Source: Rickettsiales bacterium
GTDB taxonomy: Bacteria; Pseudomonadota; Alphaproteobacteria; Rickettsiales; SXRF01
Length of the DNA stretch: 64,000 nucleotides
Direction: 5' to 3'
NCBI GenBank assembly: GCA_025464625.1
Contig: JAOAUZ010000001.1
Span: 101,183-165,182, forward strand
In this document: positions 17,517-28,102 of the stretch, in pieces
How the letters are laid out: each line of letters starts with the position of its first letter
Numbering within the stretch: the stretch's first letter is position 1
Made by a program: the position numbers and the translations under genes
Notes under the pieces: generated by a model
What the model was told of the DNA's origin: nothing
Database searches by the model: none
What the model saw: the letters and a program-made list of their open reading frames with translations, nothing else

Positions 17517-18344
17517 ATGGAGACAATTTTAATCACCAATGAACCCGATATTGCAAAGGATGCACAGGAAGCTGGCGTTACACGCATAATGGTTGATTTG
17601 GAATCGATTGGTAAAAAAGAACGGCAAGCCACACGCAATACCTTCATTAGCAAGCATCAGAAAGAAGATATAATTGCGATTCGTAGGGTTCTTAACAAAT
17701 GCCCGCTCATTGTGCGGATTAATCCGTGGAATTCTGACTCAAAACCTGAGCTTGAATATGCTGTAGAAAATGGTGCTGATATTGTCATGTTGCCGATGAT
17801 TAAATCGGTTGCTGATGTTCGTGATTTTATTGCCAGCATTGCGGGAAGAGCAAAACCACTGCCTCTTATTGAGACAATTTATTCAATGGAGCATCTGAGG
17901 GAAATTGCTGCAAATCCTGCTGTTTCAGAATTATATATTGGGCTGAATGATCTGCATTTGGAACTAGGTATGAATTTTTTGTTTGAACCTTTGGCAAATG
18001 GTTTATTAGATAAAATGATTGCTATTATAAAAGATGCAGGAAAATCTTTTGGTTTTGGCGGAATAGCAGCTATTGGAAGTGGAGAACTTCCAGCAGAGCG
18101 CATTTTAGCCGAACATGCACGGCTTGGCTCAAGCCGTATTATTCTATCATCACGTTTCTGCAAGGATGTGGAAATAACGGAAGCTGTAGGTCGGGTGGAA
18201 AGGCTTAAAGATGCTCTTGGAAAACTGAATGAAACATATAGCAGGCTATGCCAGCGCAGTTTAGAGCAGCAGCAAGAAGACGCAAAACTCACCGAAGATT
18301 TGATTAACGTTATTGCTAATAGACTGAAATCTAATGCTGTATGA
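17517..18344 (+). CDS. HpcH/HpaI aldolase / citrate-lyase-beta-like TIM-barrel protein
   Basis: 275 aa. VRINP...GADIVMLPMIKSVADV...LIETIYSMEHLREIA...GLNDLHLELG resembles HpcH-family blocks. Confidence 0.45.
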   Translation: METILITNEPDIAKDAQEAGVTRIMVDLESIGKKERQATRNTFISKHQKEDIIAIRRVLNKCPLIVRINPWNSDSKPELEYAVENGADIVMLPMIKSVADVRDFIASIAGRAKPLPLIETIYSMEHLREIAANPAVSELYIGLNDLHLELGMNFLFEPLANGLLDKMIAIIKDAGKSFGFGGIAAIGSGELPAERILAEHARLGSSRIILSSRFCKDVEITEAVGRVERLKDALGKLNETYSRLCQRSLEQQQEDAKLTEDLINVIANRLKSNAV

Positions 18345-19621
18345 TTATTAAAAGTATCATAGGGAATAAAAATTGGAAATTGTTGCTGGCTTATGTTGCC
18401 ACATTGCTGTTGCCTTTTGCTTTGATTTTTAGCAGGGCTACTGCGGATTCTTGTTGCGTGCTTATTGCTGTATTATTTTTATGGCAGAGCTACGAAAATA
18501 AAAAATGGGACTGGCTTAATTCGCCATTTATAAAAGTTGGATTGCTTGCTTGGCTATGGTTGGTGTTGGTAGTTTCGCCATTTGCAATTGTTCCAAAAGA
18601 ATCTTTTGGCGTAGCTGTGCCGTGGATTAGATATATTCTGCTTTTTGCTGCTCTTAGATATTGGGTTCTGCTAAAACCAGAATCATTATTATTATTAGGC
18701 AAAATACTAGCGCTGATGCTCACTTTTGTTATGGTTGATACAATCTGGCAATATAATTTTGGTATATCTTTAACAGGTCATTTAAGGTTAGAGAGTGGGC
18801 GTTTGACTGGTCCTATGGATAATGTAAAAGTTGGTATTTTCACGGCAAAAATGCTGCTGCCGACCGTTGGTATTTGCTTGTTTTTTGCTCTGCGAGACAA
18901 GCGACATTTATGGACGATTTCTGCAATTTTATTGTTGGTGGTTGGTGAAGTTGTTATTCTTCTTAGTGGCGAACGCACTGCTTTTATCAGCGGTATAATA
19001 GGGCTTGTTAGCGCAACTGCTTTGCTGGCCATGGCTGAACGTCGCGTGCGAATTGTAGCTCCATTTATTGGGGTATTTTTTGCTGCTGTTTTCTTTTTTA
19101 TGATAAGAACCCAAGATTGGGTATCGTTGCGGGTGGCAGAATTTCAACATACCATTTTTTCTTTTGGCGATTCGGTTTATGGAAAATTATTTAGAGCAGC
19201 AGATATAATAGGTGAAAATCATTGGTTAAATGGTGCTGGTCTCAAAGGATTCCGTATATTATGTGAACCGATAGAATATGCAGAATATCCCTATTGTAAT
19301 GTATATCCCTATTGTAACCTCCACCCGCATAACACCTATCTGGAATGGTTTGCTGAGGCTGGAATTGTTGGGCTGCTGCTCTATTCGTCAATGGTGGTTA
19401 TTTTACTTGTAACATCGCTACGTTATTTCAAAGCGAGCGGCGGAATTTACCGCCTGCTGCCAGCGATTGCTTTTGGCACAGTTTTTATTAATTTCTTTCC
19501 ACTATTGGTAACACAAAGTATATTCTCCAACTGGCCAGCGATGCTATTGTGGTATTCGGTTGCCGTTGTTTTTTCTTCACTTAATCTTTGTAAAAATTAT
19601 ATTGGTGCGGGTAAATATTAG
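18341..19621 (+). CDS. O-antigen ligase/polymerase family membrane protein (Wzy_C)
   Basis: 426 aa and polytopic, with the HPHNTYLEWFAEAGIVGLLL signature. Confidence 0.8.
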   Translation: MIIKSIIGNKNWKLLLAYVATLLLPFALIFSRATADSCCVLIAVLFLWQSYENKKWDWLNSPFIKVGLLAWLWLVLVVSPFAIVPKESFGVAVPWIRYILLFAALRYWVLLKPESLLLLGKILALMLTFVMVDTIWQYNFGISLTGHLRLESGRLTGPMDNVKVGIFTAKMLLPTVGICLFFALRDKRHLWTISAILLLVVGEVVILLSGERTAFISGIIGLVSATALLAMAERRVRIVAPFIGVFFAAVFFFMIRTQDWVSLRVAEFQHTIFSFGDSVYGKLFRAADIIGENHWLNGAGLKGFRILCEPIEYAEYPYCNVYPYCNLHPHNTYLEWFAEAGIVGLLLYSSMVVILLVTSLRYFKASGGIYRLLPAIAFGTVFINFFPLLVTQSIFSNWPAMLLWYSVAVVFSSLNLCKNYIGAGKY

Positions 19622-19624
19622 TTT

Positions 19625-21439
19625 ATGTGCGGTATTTTTGGGATAGTTAGTAGGCAGCGGCTTGATTTACCATCTATGGTTGGTAAGATGGCGGAAAGGC
19701 TCGTGCATCGTGGTCCTGATGATGAAGGATTTTATAGCGATTCTATAGCTATGCTGGGCAATAGAAGGCTGTCTATTATTGATGTAGCGCGTGGTCACCA
19801 GCCGATTTTTTCTGATGATTTAAGCATCATTATTGTACAAAATGGCGAGATTTATAATTATATCGAGCTTAGGCAAGAACTAATTAATCGCGGTATCTCA
19901 TTCCGCACTGATTCCGACACGGAAGTTATCCTTAAACTCTATGAAGTTTATGGAACGGAGTTTGTAACGAAATTAAATGGTATGTTTTCCATAGCGATAT
20001 GGGACAAAAATACTAAGGAAATGCACCTATACCGCGACAGGCTAGGCATTAAACCATTATTTATTGCCGATACCGAAGCTGGAATCTGCTTTGCTTCGGA
20101 GATTAAAGCACTGCTTGCGCTTGGGATTCCTGCAACGCCAAGAGTAGAAGCTGTGCATCATTATCTCAGTTTTAATTTTGTTCCGCCCAGCACCACTATG
20201 TTTGAAGGGATTGAAAATGTACCAGCGGGCGGTGCGGTGACTATTTCAAGTGGAAAAATCCATGGCTGGAGATGGTGGAAACCGTCTTTTGTAACGATTC
20301 AAAAAAATGATGCTCAGTGGATTGAAGAATTTAGAGATACGCTTGCTGATGCGGTGCGGATTCATCTGCGTAGTGATGTTGAAGTTGGTGCGTTCCTTTC
20401 GGGAGGAGTTGATTCCAGCAGCATAGTTGCTTTAGCAGCTCCCCATATAAAGCCACCGATGCATAGCTTCAGCATTGGCTTTAATGAAGCGCGGTTTGAT
20501 GAATCGGCTTATGCTATCAGCGTTGCCAAGAAATATAACACGCTGCATCATAATGAAATGCTGGGCAGTGAAATGATGGCGATGTGGCCGAAGGTTATCC
20601 ACCACTGCGAACAGCCACATGGTGACGCTTCTTTTATTCCCACCTATGCACTTTCACAATTGGCAGCAAAGAAGGTGAAAGTGGTGGTGACTGGCGATGG
20701 CAGCGATGAATTATTCGCTGGTTATGAACGCTATGTTCCGTTTATCGAAAATCATTCTAAAGATAAAAATGATGATTTTGAGCGCGCTTATTTTGCCAAT
20801 CAGGGATTGCTATCGCAAGATGAAAAGCTAGGGCTTTATACACAGCATTGGCAGAAATATTTTGCACCGCTGGATAGTTTCGAATTGATGCAAAACGATT
20901 TTGCAGAGGTGCGTTCGCTTTATCCAGTCAACCGCATTTCATGGATGGATATGCGCTGGCTGCTTCCCGCCAATAACCTTATTAAACCTGATAGAATGGG
21001 AATGGCATTTGGGCTTGAAGCGCGTGTTCCATTCCTTGATTCACGGGTTATTGATATGGCACTTTCAATGCCCAGCTCGCTGAAACTACGCGGGAATGTC
21101 GGCAAATATATTTTGAAAGAAGCAATGAAAGATTTACTACCAAAGGATATTCTCCACCGCCCTAAACAGATGTTTACCGTGCCGATTGGGGAATGGTTTA
21201 AAGGACATCTTGCACCGATGCTGAAACAAGTTTTGCTCTCTGAACGTGCAATTGATAGAGGGTTGTTTAATCGAGAATCTGTGCAACGGCTTATTGAAGA
21301 GCATATCAGCGGGCAGGGTAATCACACGCGTATTTTGCGGGCGTTGATGGCACTTGAGATATGGTGCCGTTTATTTATTGATGGTGAGAATTATGATGAG
21401 TTTCCTGAGTTTGCGAGCTTACAATTAGTAGCAGCATGA
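19625..21439 (+). CDS. asnB: Asparagine synthase (glutamine-hydrolysing) family amidotransferase
   Basis: 604 aa with an N-terminal MCGIFG nucleophile and SGGVDSS PP-loop. Confidence 0.9.
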   Translation: MCGIFGIVSRQRLDLPSMVGKMAERLVHRGPDDEGFYSDSIAMLGNRRLSIIDVARGHQPIFSDDLSIIIVQNGEIYNYIELRQELINRGISFRTDSDTEVILKLYEVYGTEFVTKLNGMFSIAIWDKNTKEMHLYRDRLGIKPLFIADTEAGICFASEIKALLALGIPATPRVEAVHHYLSFNFVPPSTTMFEGIENVPAGGAVTISSGKIHGWRWWKPSFVTIQKNDAQWIEEFRDTLADAVRIHLRSDVEVGAFLSGGVDSSSIVALAAPHIKPPMHSFSIGFNEARFDESAYAISVAKKYNTLHHNEMLGSEMMAMWPKVIHHCEQPHGDASFIPTYALSQLAAKKVKVVVTGDGSDELFAGYERYVPFIENHSKDKNDDFERAYFANQGLLSQDEKLGLYTQHWQKYFAPLDSFELMQNDFAEVRSLYPVNRISWMDMRWLLPANNLIKPDRMGMAFGLEARVPFLDSRVIDMALSMPSSLKLRGNVGKYILKEAMKDLLPKDILHRPKQMFTVPIGEWFKGHLAPMLKQVLLSERAIDRGLFNRESVQRLIEEHISGQGNHTRILRALMALEIWCRLFIDGENYDEFPEFASLQLVAA

Positions 21440-22863
21440 ACATAAACAAATTATTATCTGCCAGTGCGTTGATTGCCTTTGGGATGCTTGCTGGGCGGAT
21501 GCTTGGTTTTTTGCGTGAGATGTTTCTTGCTGCTAGGTTTGGCGCTGGAAGCGAGGCAAACACGGCTATATCTTTGCTACTGATTCCTGATTTTATTACA
21601 TCGTTACTCATTGGCAGCGCGATTAGCAGTGTGCTTATTCCTGCCTTTGCCGAGCGTGATAAAGAGCGAGCCTTAGCATTATTCTGGCAAACATTATTGG
21701 TTGGGGTGGTATCATTTTCTATACTGGCTTTTGTTATAGGTCTTTTTGTTCCATCTGATTTTCTTGCAATTGCTCTGTATTCGTTGCCAGTTACCGCTGC
21801 AACTGGAGTTTTTACCGCCTATTTACAACATAAGGGCTGGTTTATCGTTCCTGCCTTTTCAACGGTGATATTCAATGTAATAATCCTTGGTTCATTGTGG
21901 TTTTTACCGCCTAATTTGTTTGTGTTGGCTTTGGCAGTTATTTTGGCATCGCTGGCTAGGCTTGTTGCCCATTCGTTTGTTTTTTGGCGTGATGGTGAGA
22001 GAATTGCCACAAAATCTTGGGAATTTAATATGCCGCTGATTGTGTCCTACGCGCAATCCACCGCCAGTAATATGCTCGGCATACTTATTCTATATACACC
22101 TTTTGCACTGGTCGCGCTTCTTTCTCTCAGTGGGTTTGCGCTGTTTAATTATTCCTTCAAGCTGCTTACATTTCCTTCAATATTAATTCAGACCGTGATT
22201 CAAATGGCATTGTTGCCATGGTTTGTTGGTATGCGTAAAGATTCTGGCAATAATCAAGCCTATACCCAATGTTTGCAGATTGCATGGATTATTTCTCTTG
22301 CCGTTTGTCTTGCAGTTACATTATCGGCAGATGCGATAGCTGCTCTTTGTTTCGGTTATGGCAAGATGACATTGCAGGATGTCGCTGTTATCAGCAAGCT
22401 GCTTGCTATCGGTATTTGGACGACACCTTCTATTGTCATGCTATCAGTCTGGCAGCAAATATTTTATGCCCATCAAAAGCCCAAACCTGTTTTAATTGCT
22501 AATATTATTATGGCTTTATTTATTGTGCCGTTATGCTGGATTGGTCATATTCTTGCGGGTAGTGCGGGGATGCTTATTGGGTTTGTTGTGGCGCAGATTA
22601 TACCTGTATTTATGCTTGCCTCGCTTGGTAAACGATATGTTAAATCTTCATCACACTCGATGCACACATACATAAAAATGTCGTTGGCAACGCTTGCTGC
22701 CTTTTTGCCACTGGCGATATTGTATAGCATTTTTTCTATGTCCTCGTTGTTTGACGTTGTATTTGCTATAATAATCGGAATGTTATCGCTGTTTTCTGGG
22801 TTATATTTTTTCCAGCCTATTAAAGAAAGAGTATATAAACTTATTGCTGCCACACTTGAATAA
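21436..22863 (+). CDS. murJ: MurJ/MviN-family flippase
   Basis: 475 aa and polytopic. The N-terminal GRMLGFLREMFLAARFGAG is the MurJ signature. A 4-bp overlap with asnB links it to the cluster. Confidence 0.7.
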   Translation: MNINKLLSASALIAFGMLAGRMLGFLREMFLAARFGAGSEANTAISLLLIPDFITSLLIGSAISSVLIPAFAERDKERALALFWQTLLVGVVSFSILAFVIGLFVPSDFLAIALYSLPVTAATGVFTAYLQHKGWFIVPAFSTVIFNVIILGSLWFLPPNLFVLALAVILASLARLVAHSFVFWRDGERIATKSWEFNMPLIVSYAQSTASNMLGILILYTPFALVALLSLSGFALFNYSFKLLTFPSILIQTVIQMALLPWFVGMRKDSGNNQAYTQCLQIAWIISLAVCLAVTLSADAIAALCFGYGKMTLQDVAVISKLLAIGIWTTPSIVMLSVWQQIFYAHQKPKPVLIANIIMALFIVPLCWIGHILAGSAGMLIGFVVAQIIPVFMLASLGKRYVKSSSHSMHTYIKMSLATLAAFLPLAILYSIFSMSSLFDVVFAIIIGMLSLFSGLYFFQPIKERVYKLIAATLE

Positions 22864-22901
22864 ATGTTAATCTGCGATTTGGCTATATTTGGAGCTTATA
22901 C

Positions 22902-25325
22902 ATGAACCCTGAGAGTCCATTTCAGTTGAGGTTGCATTCGTTTTCGATTCGCGCGCGACTGTTCAGTATTGTTCTTGCCTTTGCCATTCCTCTATCTGTT
23001 CTTATTTATTTCACGATTGATAACATTCAGCGCAATATTGTTCTTACCGAAATGGAAAGGAAAGGTGTTCGATATGAGCGTCCGCTGATTCATATTCTTG
23101 GTGAAGTGGCAAACCACCGACTTATGCGTATGAGCATGGCGTTTGGCACTGATATGTCCGAAGAATATGTCGAACAAACTAAAAATATTGACAGGCTGCT
23201 TGATGAGCTTGTTGAAATTGATAAAAATATTGGCGATGATTTGCATTTTACCAATGAGACATTGCTTCGTCGTAAGGAAAAAAAGCTTACGGTTTCAGAC
23301 CTAAAAAATAATTGGAACATCATAAAAACCTATAACTCTAACAGCTATGAAGTTTATGGTGAAATGTTTAAAACCCTAAGCAATATGATAGCGCATATCG
23401 GCGACGCATCGGGGCTGATTCTAGACCCAGACCTTGATAGTTATTACATGATGGATATATCAATAAACCAATTGCCACGCACTATCAGGCGCATATCAGA
23501 CACAACTTTTATATTATATCCGCAGCTTAATTTTAATAATCCTATATCGGAAGAGCTTCGTGGTGAAGCAATGGTGGCTGAACGTTTTATGAAAGAAGCG
23601 GGATATGATTTTGTAGTTTCTAATATGGAGGCCGCATTTAATGAGGATAAGAATTTCTATGGAGTTAGTGTCAATTTGAAGCCAGAAATGGGACCAATGT
23701 TAGAAGAATATAAGCAAAAAACTAATAGGCTGGTTGAAATTATCCGTTCAATAGTGGATGGCAAAAATGTTACCTCAAAAGATTTTTCTGCAATTGTTTA
23801 CGATGCTCGTAAATTCTTTGTTGATATGAATACCGCCACCCTTAATCAATTGGATGACATGCTTCTGGCGCGGATTAGATATTATGAGCATAAGCAGAAA
23901 GAGATTTTGATATTGTATGGTATGGCGCAAATAGCGGGGTTGTGGCTATTTTTATTCCTTACCACCAGCGTGACCACCCCTATCAACCGATTGTACAAAG
24001 CGATAGTTGCCATTACTGAAGGCAATTTAAACTATGTTGTTCCCAGCAAAAAATTTAACGATGAAATAGGTGAGATAGCGCGTGGGGTTGAATCTTTCCG
24101 CTTAAATAGTGTGGAAAAAGTTCGGCTAGAAATGGCACTTAAAGAAGAAAGCGACTATCTGCAATCGGTTATGGATAGTTCGCTGGATGGAATTATTGTT
24201 TTTAACAGCAGTGGCGTTATTTTGAATTTTAACCGAGCCGCTGAAAGGATGTTTGGTTATTCTGGAGATGAGGCAAGAGGACAGAATATCTCTATGCTAA
24301 TGGCACAAAATTCTGACTTTCATGACAATAAATATATTGAGGATTATCTTGATGGGATTAGTTCAAACTCAGGAGAAACTGGTGTTAATCGTGACATTGA
24401 AGGGCAAAGAAAAGATGGCAAGATATTTCTTATGGAAATGGCTATGAGTCGTTTGATGCACACTGATAATGAGATATTTTTTGTAGGGTTGTTTAAAGAT
24501 ATTACTGAACGGAAAATGATGGAGGATGAATTACGCCAACATCGTGACCATCTGCAGCAACTTGTAGATATTCAAACTGTTGATTTAATAATTGCAAAAG
24601 AAAAGGCTGAAAAGGCTACTATTGCCAAATCAGAATTTTTATCGAATATGTCGCATGAATTACGCACTCCGATGCACGCTATTTTGAACTATGCCAGCAT
24701 GGGAATAAAGATTGTTGCTGATGATGAATCAAACAAGCTAAATAAATATTTAAGTAATATACAGACGGCGGGAACTAGGTTATTGGGGTTGCTTAATAGC
24801 CTTCTTGATTTTGAAAAACTTGAAGCTGGAAAAATGGAATTTAATCTCAAAGAAGGAGATTTTGTAAAAGTTATTGATTATGCGGAAATGGAGCTTGATT
24901 CGTTGCTAAAGGCAAAGAATATTCAACTCGCTAAAAATTATTTATGTAAAAATACCAATGCTTTTTTTGATGAAACTAGGCTTGTGCAAGTGCTGGTAAA
25001 TCTTATTTCTAACGCAATTAAATTTTCACCAGAAAATTCTTCTATCACTATAACTCTTGCCGATGAATATTTGCCAGAAAAAGGCGGTATCAAAGCTGCT
25101 ATGTTGTGTTCGATAGCAGATGAAGGGATGGGAATCCCAGAAGGTGAACTAGAGACTGTGTTTGAAAAATTTACCCAGAGCAGCCAGACTAAAACCAGCG
25201 CAGGTGGGACAGGGCTTGGACTTTCTATCAGTAGAAAGATTATAGAGCTGCACAAAGGCAGGATGTGGGCAGAAAATGGAAAGACTAAGGGCGCGGTGTT
25301 AAAATTTATTCTGCCTAGGGGGTAA
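22902..25325 (+). CDS. Sensor histidine kinase (periplasmic/extracytoplasmic domain-HAMP-PAS-HisKA-HATPase)
   Basis: 807 aa with the H-box SHELRTPMHAIL, N/G boxes ([23 protein letters not shown]) and a PAS region (FGYSGDEARGQNISMLM). Confidence 0.85.
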   Translation: MNPESPFQLRLHSFSIRARLFSIVLAFAIPLSVLIYFTIDNIQRNIVLTEMERKGVRYERPLIHILGEVANHRLMRMSMAFGTDMSEEYVEQTKNIDRLLDELVEIDKNIGDDLHFTNETLLRRKEKKLTVSDLKNNWNIIKTYNSNSYEVYGEMFKTLSNMIAHIGDASGLILDPDLDSYYMMDISINQLPRTIRRISDTTFILYPQLNFNNPISEELRGEAMVAERFMKEAGYDFVVSNMEAAFNEDKNFYGVSVNLKPEMGPMLEEYKQKTNRLVEIIRSIVDGKNVTSKDFSAIVYDARKFFVDMNTATLNQLDDMLLARIRYYEHKQKEILILYGMAQIAGLWLFLFLTTSVTTPINRLYKAIVAITEGNLNYVVPSKKFNDEIGEIARGVESFRLNSVEKVRLEMALKEESDYLQSVMDSSLDGIIVFNSSGVILNFNRAAERMFGYSGDEARGQNISMLMAQNSDFHDNKYIEDYLDGISSNSGETGVNRDIEGQRKDGKIFLMEMAMSRLMHTDNEIFFVGLFKDITERKMMEDELRQHRDHLQQLVDIQTVDLIIAKEKAEKATIAKSEFLSNMSHELRTPMHAILNYASMGIKIVADDESNKLNKYLSNIQTAGTRLLGLLNSLLDFEKLEAGKMEFNLKEGDFVKVIDYAEMELDSLLKAKNIQLAKNYLCKNTNAFFDETRLVQVLVNLISNAIKFSPENSSITITLADEYLPEKGGIKAAMLCSIADEGMGIPEGELETVFEKFTQSSQTKTSAGGTGLGLSISRKIIELHKGRMWAENGKTKGAVLKFILPRG

Positions 25326-25340
25326 AATTCTACTATGCTG

Positions 25341-25412
25341 TGTCATTCCGAACATATGTGAGGAATCTTTGCAAAATCAAAGAAAAGACCCCTCGACAAG
25401 CTCGAGGTGACA
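25341..25412. repeat. PE-A palindromic element
   Basis: tgtcattccgaacatatgtgaggaatctttgcaaaa...cccctcgacaagctcgaggtgaca, between the convergent kinase and kdpC. Confidence 0.85.
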
Positions 25413-25422
25413 AGGAAATGGA

Positions 25423-26046
25423 TTACTTATTTAGCCCATCAAGTGCCAAGTTTAATTCCAGAACGTTTACATATGGGTCGCCGAATATTTGGCTCTGCCA
25501 ATCAATATTATCGGTGATGATGGCTTGGACTTCTTCTGGTTTCATATTTCGTGCTTTTGCAATTCGTCCTATTTGATATTCAGCGGCAAGCAGGCTGATA
25601 TGAGGGTCAAGACCACTGGCAGAAGCAGTTAATAAATCGACAGGGATTTTGGCTTTATTCTTTGGATCAGCTTTTTGTAACATTTCAGCCCGTGCATTCA
25701 CCAATTCCAGTAATTTAGGGTTAGCTTGGCTTAGATTTGATCCGCCAGATTCCATTGCATCATAATTATGGGCTGATAAGCGTCCCCAAAAATATTTATT
25801 ATCACTGAAATTTTGACCGAGTAGGTGTGAGCCAATAGTTACTGGTTCATCCTTATATTTCTCAAGAGATTCTATCAAACTTCCATTTGCTTTATGGTGA
25901 AAGGCAACTTGTGCAATGACGGTTACAGCCAATGGGTAAACAACACCAAGAACAATCGTCATTACCAGCAGCAAACAAAGTGCAGAGCGCAAAGAAGAAA
26001 AAATATTTTTCATTTTGTTGGGGCTATTCATATTATACAGCTCCAA
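25423..26046 (-). CDS. kdpC: Potassium-transporting ATPase subunit C
   Basis: [11 protein letters not shown] and [14 protein letters not shown] motifs. The true start is probably an internal Met (26031 or 26013). Confidence 0.9.
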   Translation of the reverse strand: MELYNMNSPNKMKNIFSSLRSALCLLLVMTIVLGVVYPLAVTVIAQVAFHHKANGSLIESLEKYKDEPVTIGSHLLGQNFSDNKYFWGRLSAHNYDAMESGGSNLSQANPKLLELVNARAEMLQKADPKNKAKIPVDLLTASASGLDPHISLLAAEYQIGRIAKARNMKPEEVQAIITDNIDWQSQIFGDPYVNVLELNLALDGLNK

Positions 26047-28102
26047 TCATGGTTAGTATAATATCAACAGCCTTAATGCCGACAAACGGCAGGATAAGCC
26101 CACCAAAGCCGTATACCAGCAAATTATGACGAAGCATAGCCGTTGCGCTGACAGGGCGATAAGTTACGCCACGAAGTGCCAGCGGAATAAGGGCGACTAT
26201 TATTATGGCATTGAAAATTACTGCCGATAACACCGCTGAAATTGGCGACGTTAGGTGCATAACATTAATTGCATTCAGCGAAGGATAGGTGCTGATAACA
26301 GTAGCTGGAATCAGTGTGAAATATTTGGCAAATTCGTTGGCTATTGAGAAAGTGGTCATTGCTCCGCGTGTCATGAGGAGCTGCTTACCGATTTCAACAA
26401 TCTCAATAATTTTGGTTGGGTCGGAATCTAAATCTATCATGTTGGCAGCTTCTTTGGCGGCTTGCGTTCCGCTATTCATAACCACCGCAACATCTGATTG
26501 GGCAAGGGCAGGGGCATCATTAGTGCCGTCACCAACCATAGCCACAAGCTCGCCATCTGCCTGCAATTTGCGGATTAATTTTAGTTTGTCTTCAGGTGTT
26601 GCCTGCGCTAGATAATCGTCAACGCCCGCCTCAGCAGCAATAGCAGCAGCTGTTAGAGGGTTATCGCCTGTAAGCATAACGCTTTTTATTCCCATTTTAC
26701 GGAGGTCGGCAAGGCGTTCTTTAATCCCTGCTTTAATTATGTCTTTTAAGTGAATAACGCCAAGTGCGCGCTCACCATCAATAACCACCAGCGGTGTGCC
26801 ACCAAGCCGAGAAATATCATCAATCTTGCGGTTTAAGTCACCAGATATTTTTTCTCCGTAAATCTGTAATTGCTTCTCAATAGAATCAGCAGCTCCCTTT
26901 AGGATTAAGCGATTTCCGATTTTTACACCGCTTACCCTTGTTTCTGCACTGAAGGCTATAAATTCGCTGCCCGCTGGCGTGGAAGGCATTTCTGGAAGAC
27001 TATATTTGCTGCGGGTGACAGCTAGGATGCTTCTACCCTCTGGTGTTTGATCCATAAGCGAGGAGAGTTGCGCTGCTTTTGCCAACTCATCAATGCTCAC
27101 ACCAGTTGCAGGAAAAAATTCTTCTGCCTGTCTATTGCCGTGAGTAATTGTTCCTGTTTTATCGAGCAGCAGGCGGCTTATATCGCCAGCAGCTTCTACG
27201 GCACGTCCTGATGAGACTATAACATTGGCTTGTAGCAGACGGTTCATTCCCGAGATGCTGATGGTGGAGAGCAGACCGCCGATTGTGGTTGGCGAAAGGC
27301 ATATCAGCAACGCAATCAACGCTGTGAGGCTGACTACCTGTCCTTTAACGTTTTGTTCAACACTGAAAATGGAAAAAGGAAGAAGAGTTATTATGGTAAT
27401 AAGGAAGGTGGCGGTAAGCATGGCAAGAAAAACAAAAAGAGCGATTTCGTTTTGGGTTTTCTGTCTTTTAGCACCTTCAACTAGCGACACCATGCGGTCG
27501 ATAAAACTTTCGCCTGCATTAGCGGTAATCCGCACGATTATCCAATCAGAAAGAACGCGTGTGCCACCAGTGACCGCGTCTGAATCACCATCTGACTCAC
27601 GGATTACAGGCGCGGATTCGCCAGTTATCGCGCTTTCATCAACTGAAGCAATGCCATGCACAACCTGACCATCACTGGGAATGGCATCGCCAGCTTCTAT
27701 TAATACCAAATCATCTTTCTGCAGACGTGAAGCTGGGATAGTTTCATAATCATTACGTTTCTCGATGCTGCGGATTTTTTTTGCATTCACCTCTTTGCGT
27801 AATGTTCTAAGGCTTTCAGCCTGTGATTTGCCCCTATCTTCAGCAATACTTTCGGCAAAATTGGAAAATAAAACAGTAATCCATAACCAGATTGCCACCC
27901 ACAAAGTGAACCATGGCGGTTCACCGCCAATTTTCCCGCCCATCGCTTCGTATATATATAAACCAGAAACTACAATTGTTCCGAGATACACAACGAATAC
28001 AACTGGGTTGCGAAGCTGAACCATTGGCGATAGCTTTACGAACGCCTGAATTACCGAACGACTTATATCAATGCTTTTTGGCTTTGTTTTAGGATGGTTC
28101 AT
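26033..28102 (-). CDS. kdpB: Potassium-transporting ATPase subunit B (P-type)
   Basis: 689 aa with DKTGTIT, MLTGDNP and [10 protein letters not shown]. Confidence 0.95.
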   Translation of the reverse strand: MNHPKTKPKSIDISRSVIQAFVKLSPMVQLRNPVVFVVYLGTIVVSGLYIYEAMGGKIGGEPPWFTLWVAIWLWITVLFSNFAESIAEDRGKSQAESLRTLRKEVNAKKIRSIEKRNDYETIPASRLQKDDLVLIEAGDAIPSDGQVVHGIASVDESAITGESAPVIRESDGDSDAVTGGTRVLSDWIIVRITANAGESFIDRMVSLVEGAKRQKTQNEIALFVFLAMLTATFLITIITLLPFSIFSVEQNVKGQVVSLTALIALLICLSPTTIGGLLSTISISGMNRLLQANVIVSSGRAVEAAGDISRLLLDKTGTITHGNRQAEEFFPATGVSIDELAKAAQLSSLMDQTPEGRSILAVTRSKYSLPEMPSTPAGSEFIAFSAETRVSGVKIGNRLILKGAADSIEKQLQIYGEKISGDLNRKIDDISRLGGTPLVVIDGERALGVIHLKDIIKAGIKERLADLRKMGIKSVMLTGDNPLTAAAIAAEAGVDDYLAQATPEDKLKLIRKLQADGELVAMVGDGTNDAPALAQSDVAVVMNSGTQAAKEAANMIDLDSDPTKIIEIVEIGKQLLMTRGAMTTFSIANEFAKYFTLIPATVISTYPSLNAINVMHLTSPISAVLSAVIFNAIIIVALIPLALRGVTYRPVSATAMLRHNLLVYGFGGLILPFVGIKAVDIILTMIGAV

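Noticed and set aside
22902-25325. Kinase next to kdp considered as KdpD
   Set aside because: It is convergent to kdpC. It lacks the KdpD N-terminal/Usp architecture and four-TM core, has HAMP-PAS instead, and no kdpE follows.
25340-25576. 78-aa ORF (and similar ORFs at 463-754, 6678-7085, 32954-33289)
   Set aside because: They start inside or are largely made of palindromic repeat sequence, or run antisense to kdpC, pyrE or paralog B. They carry no coding signal beyond the open frame.
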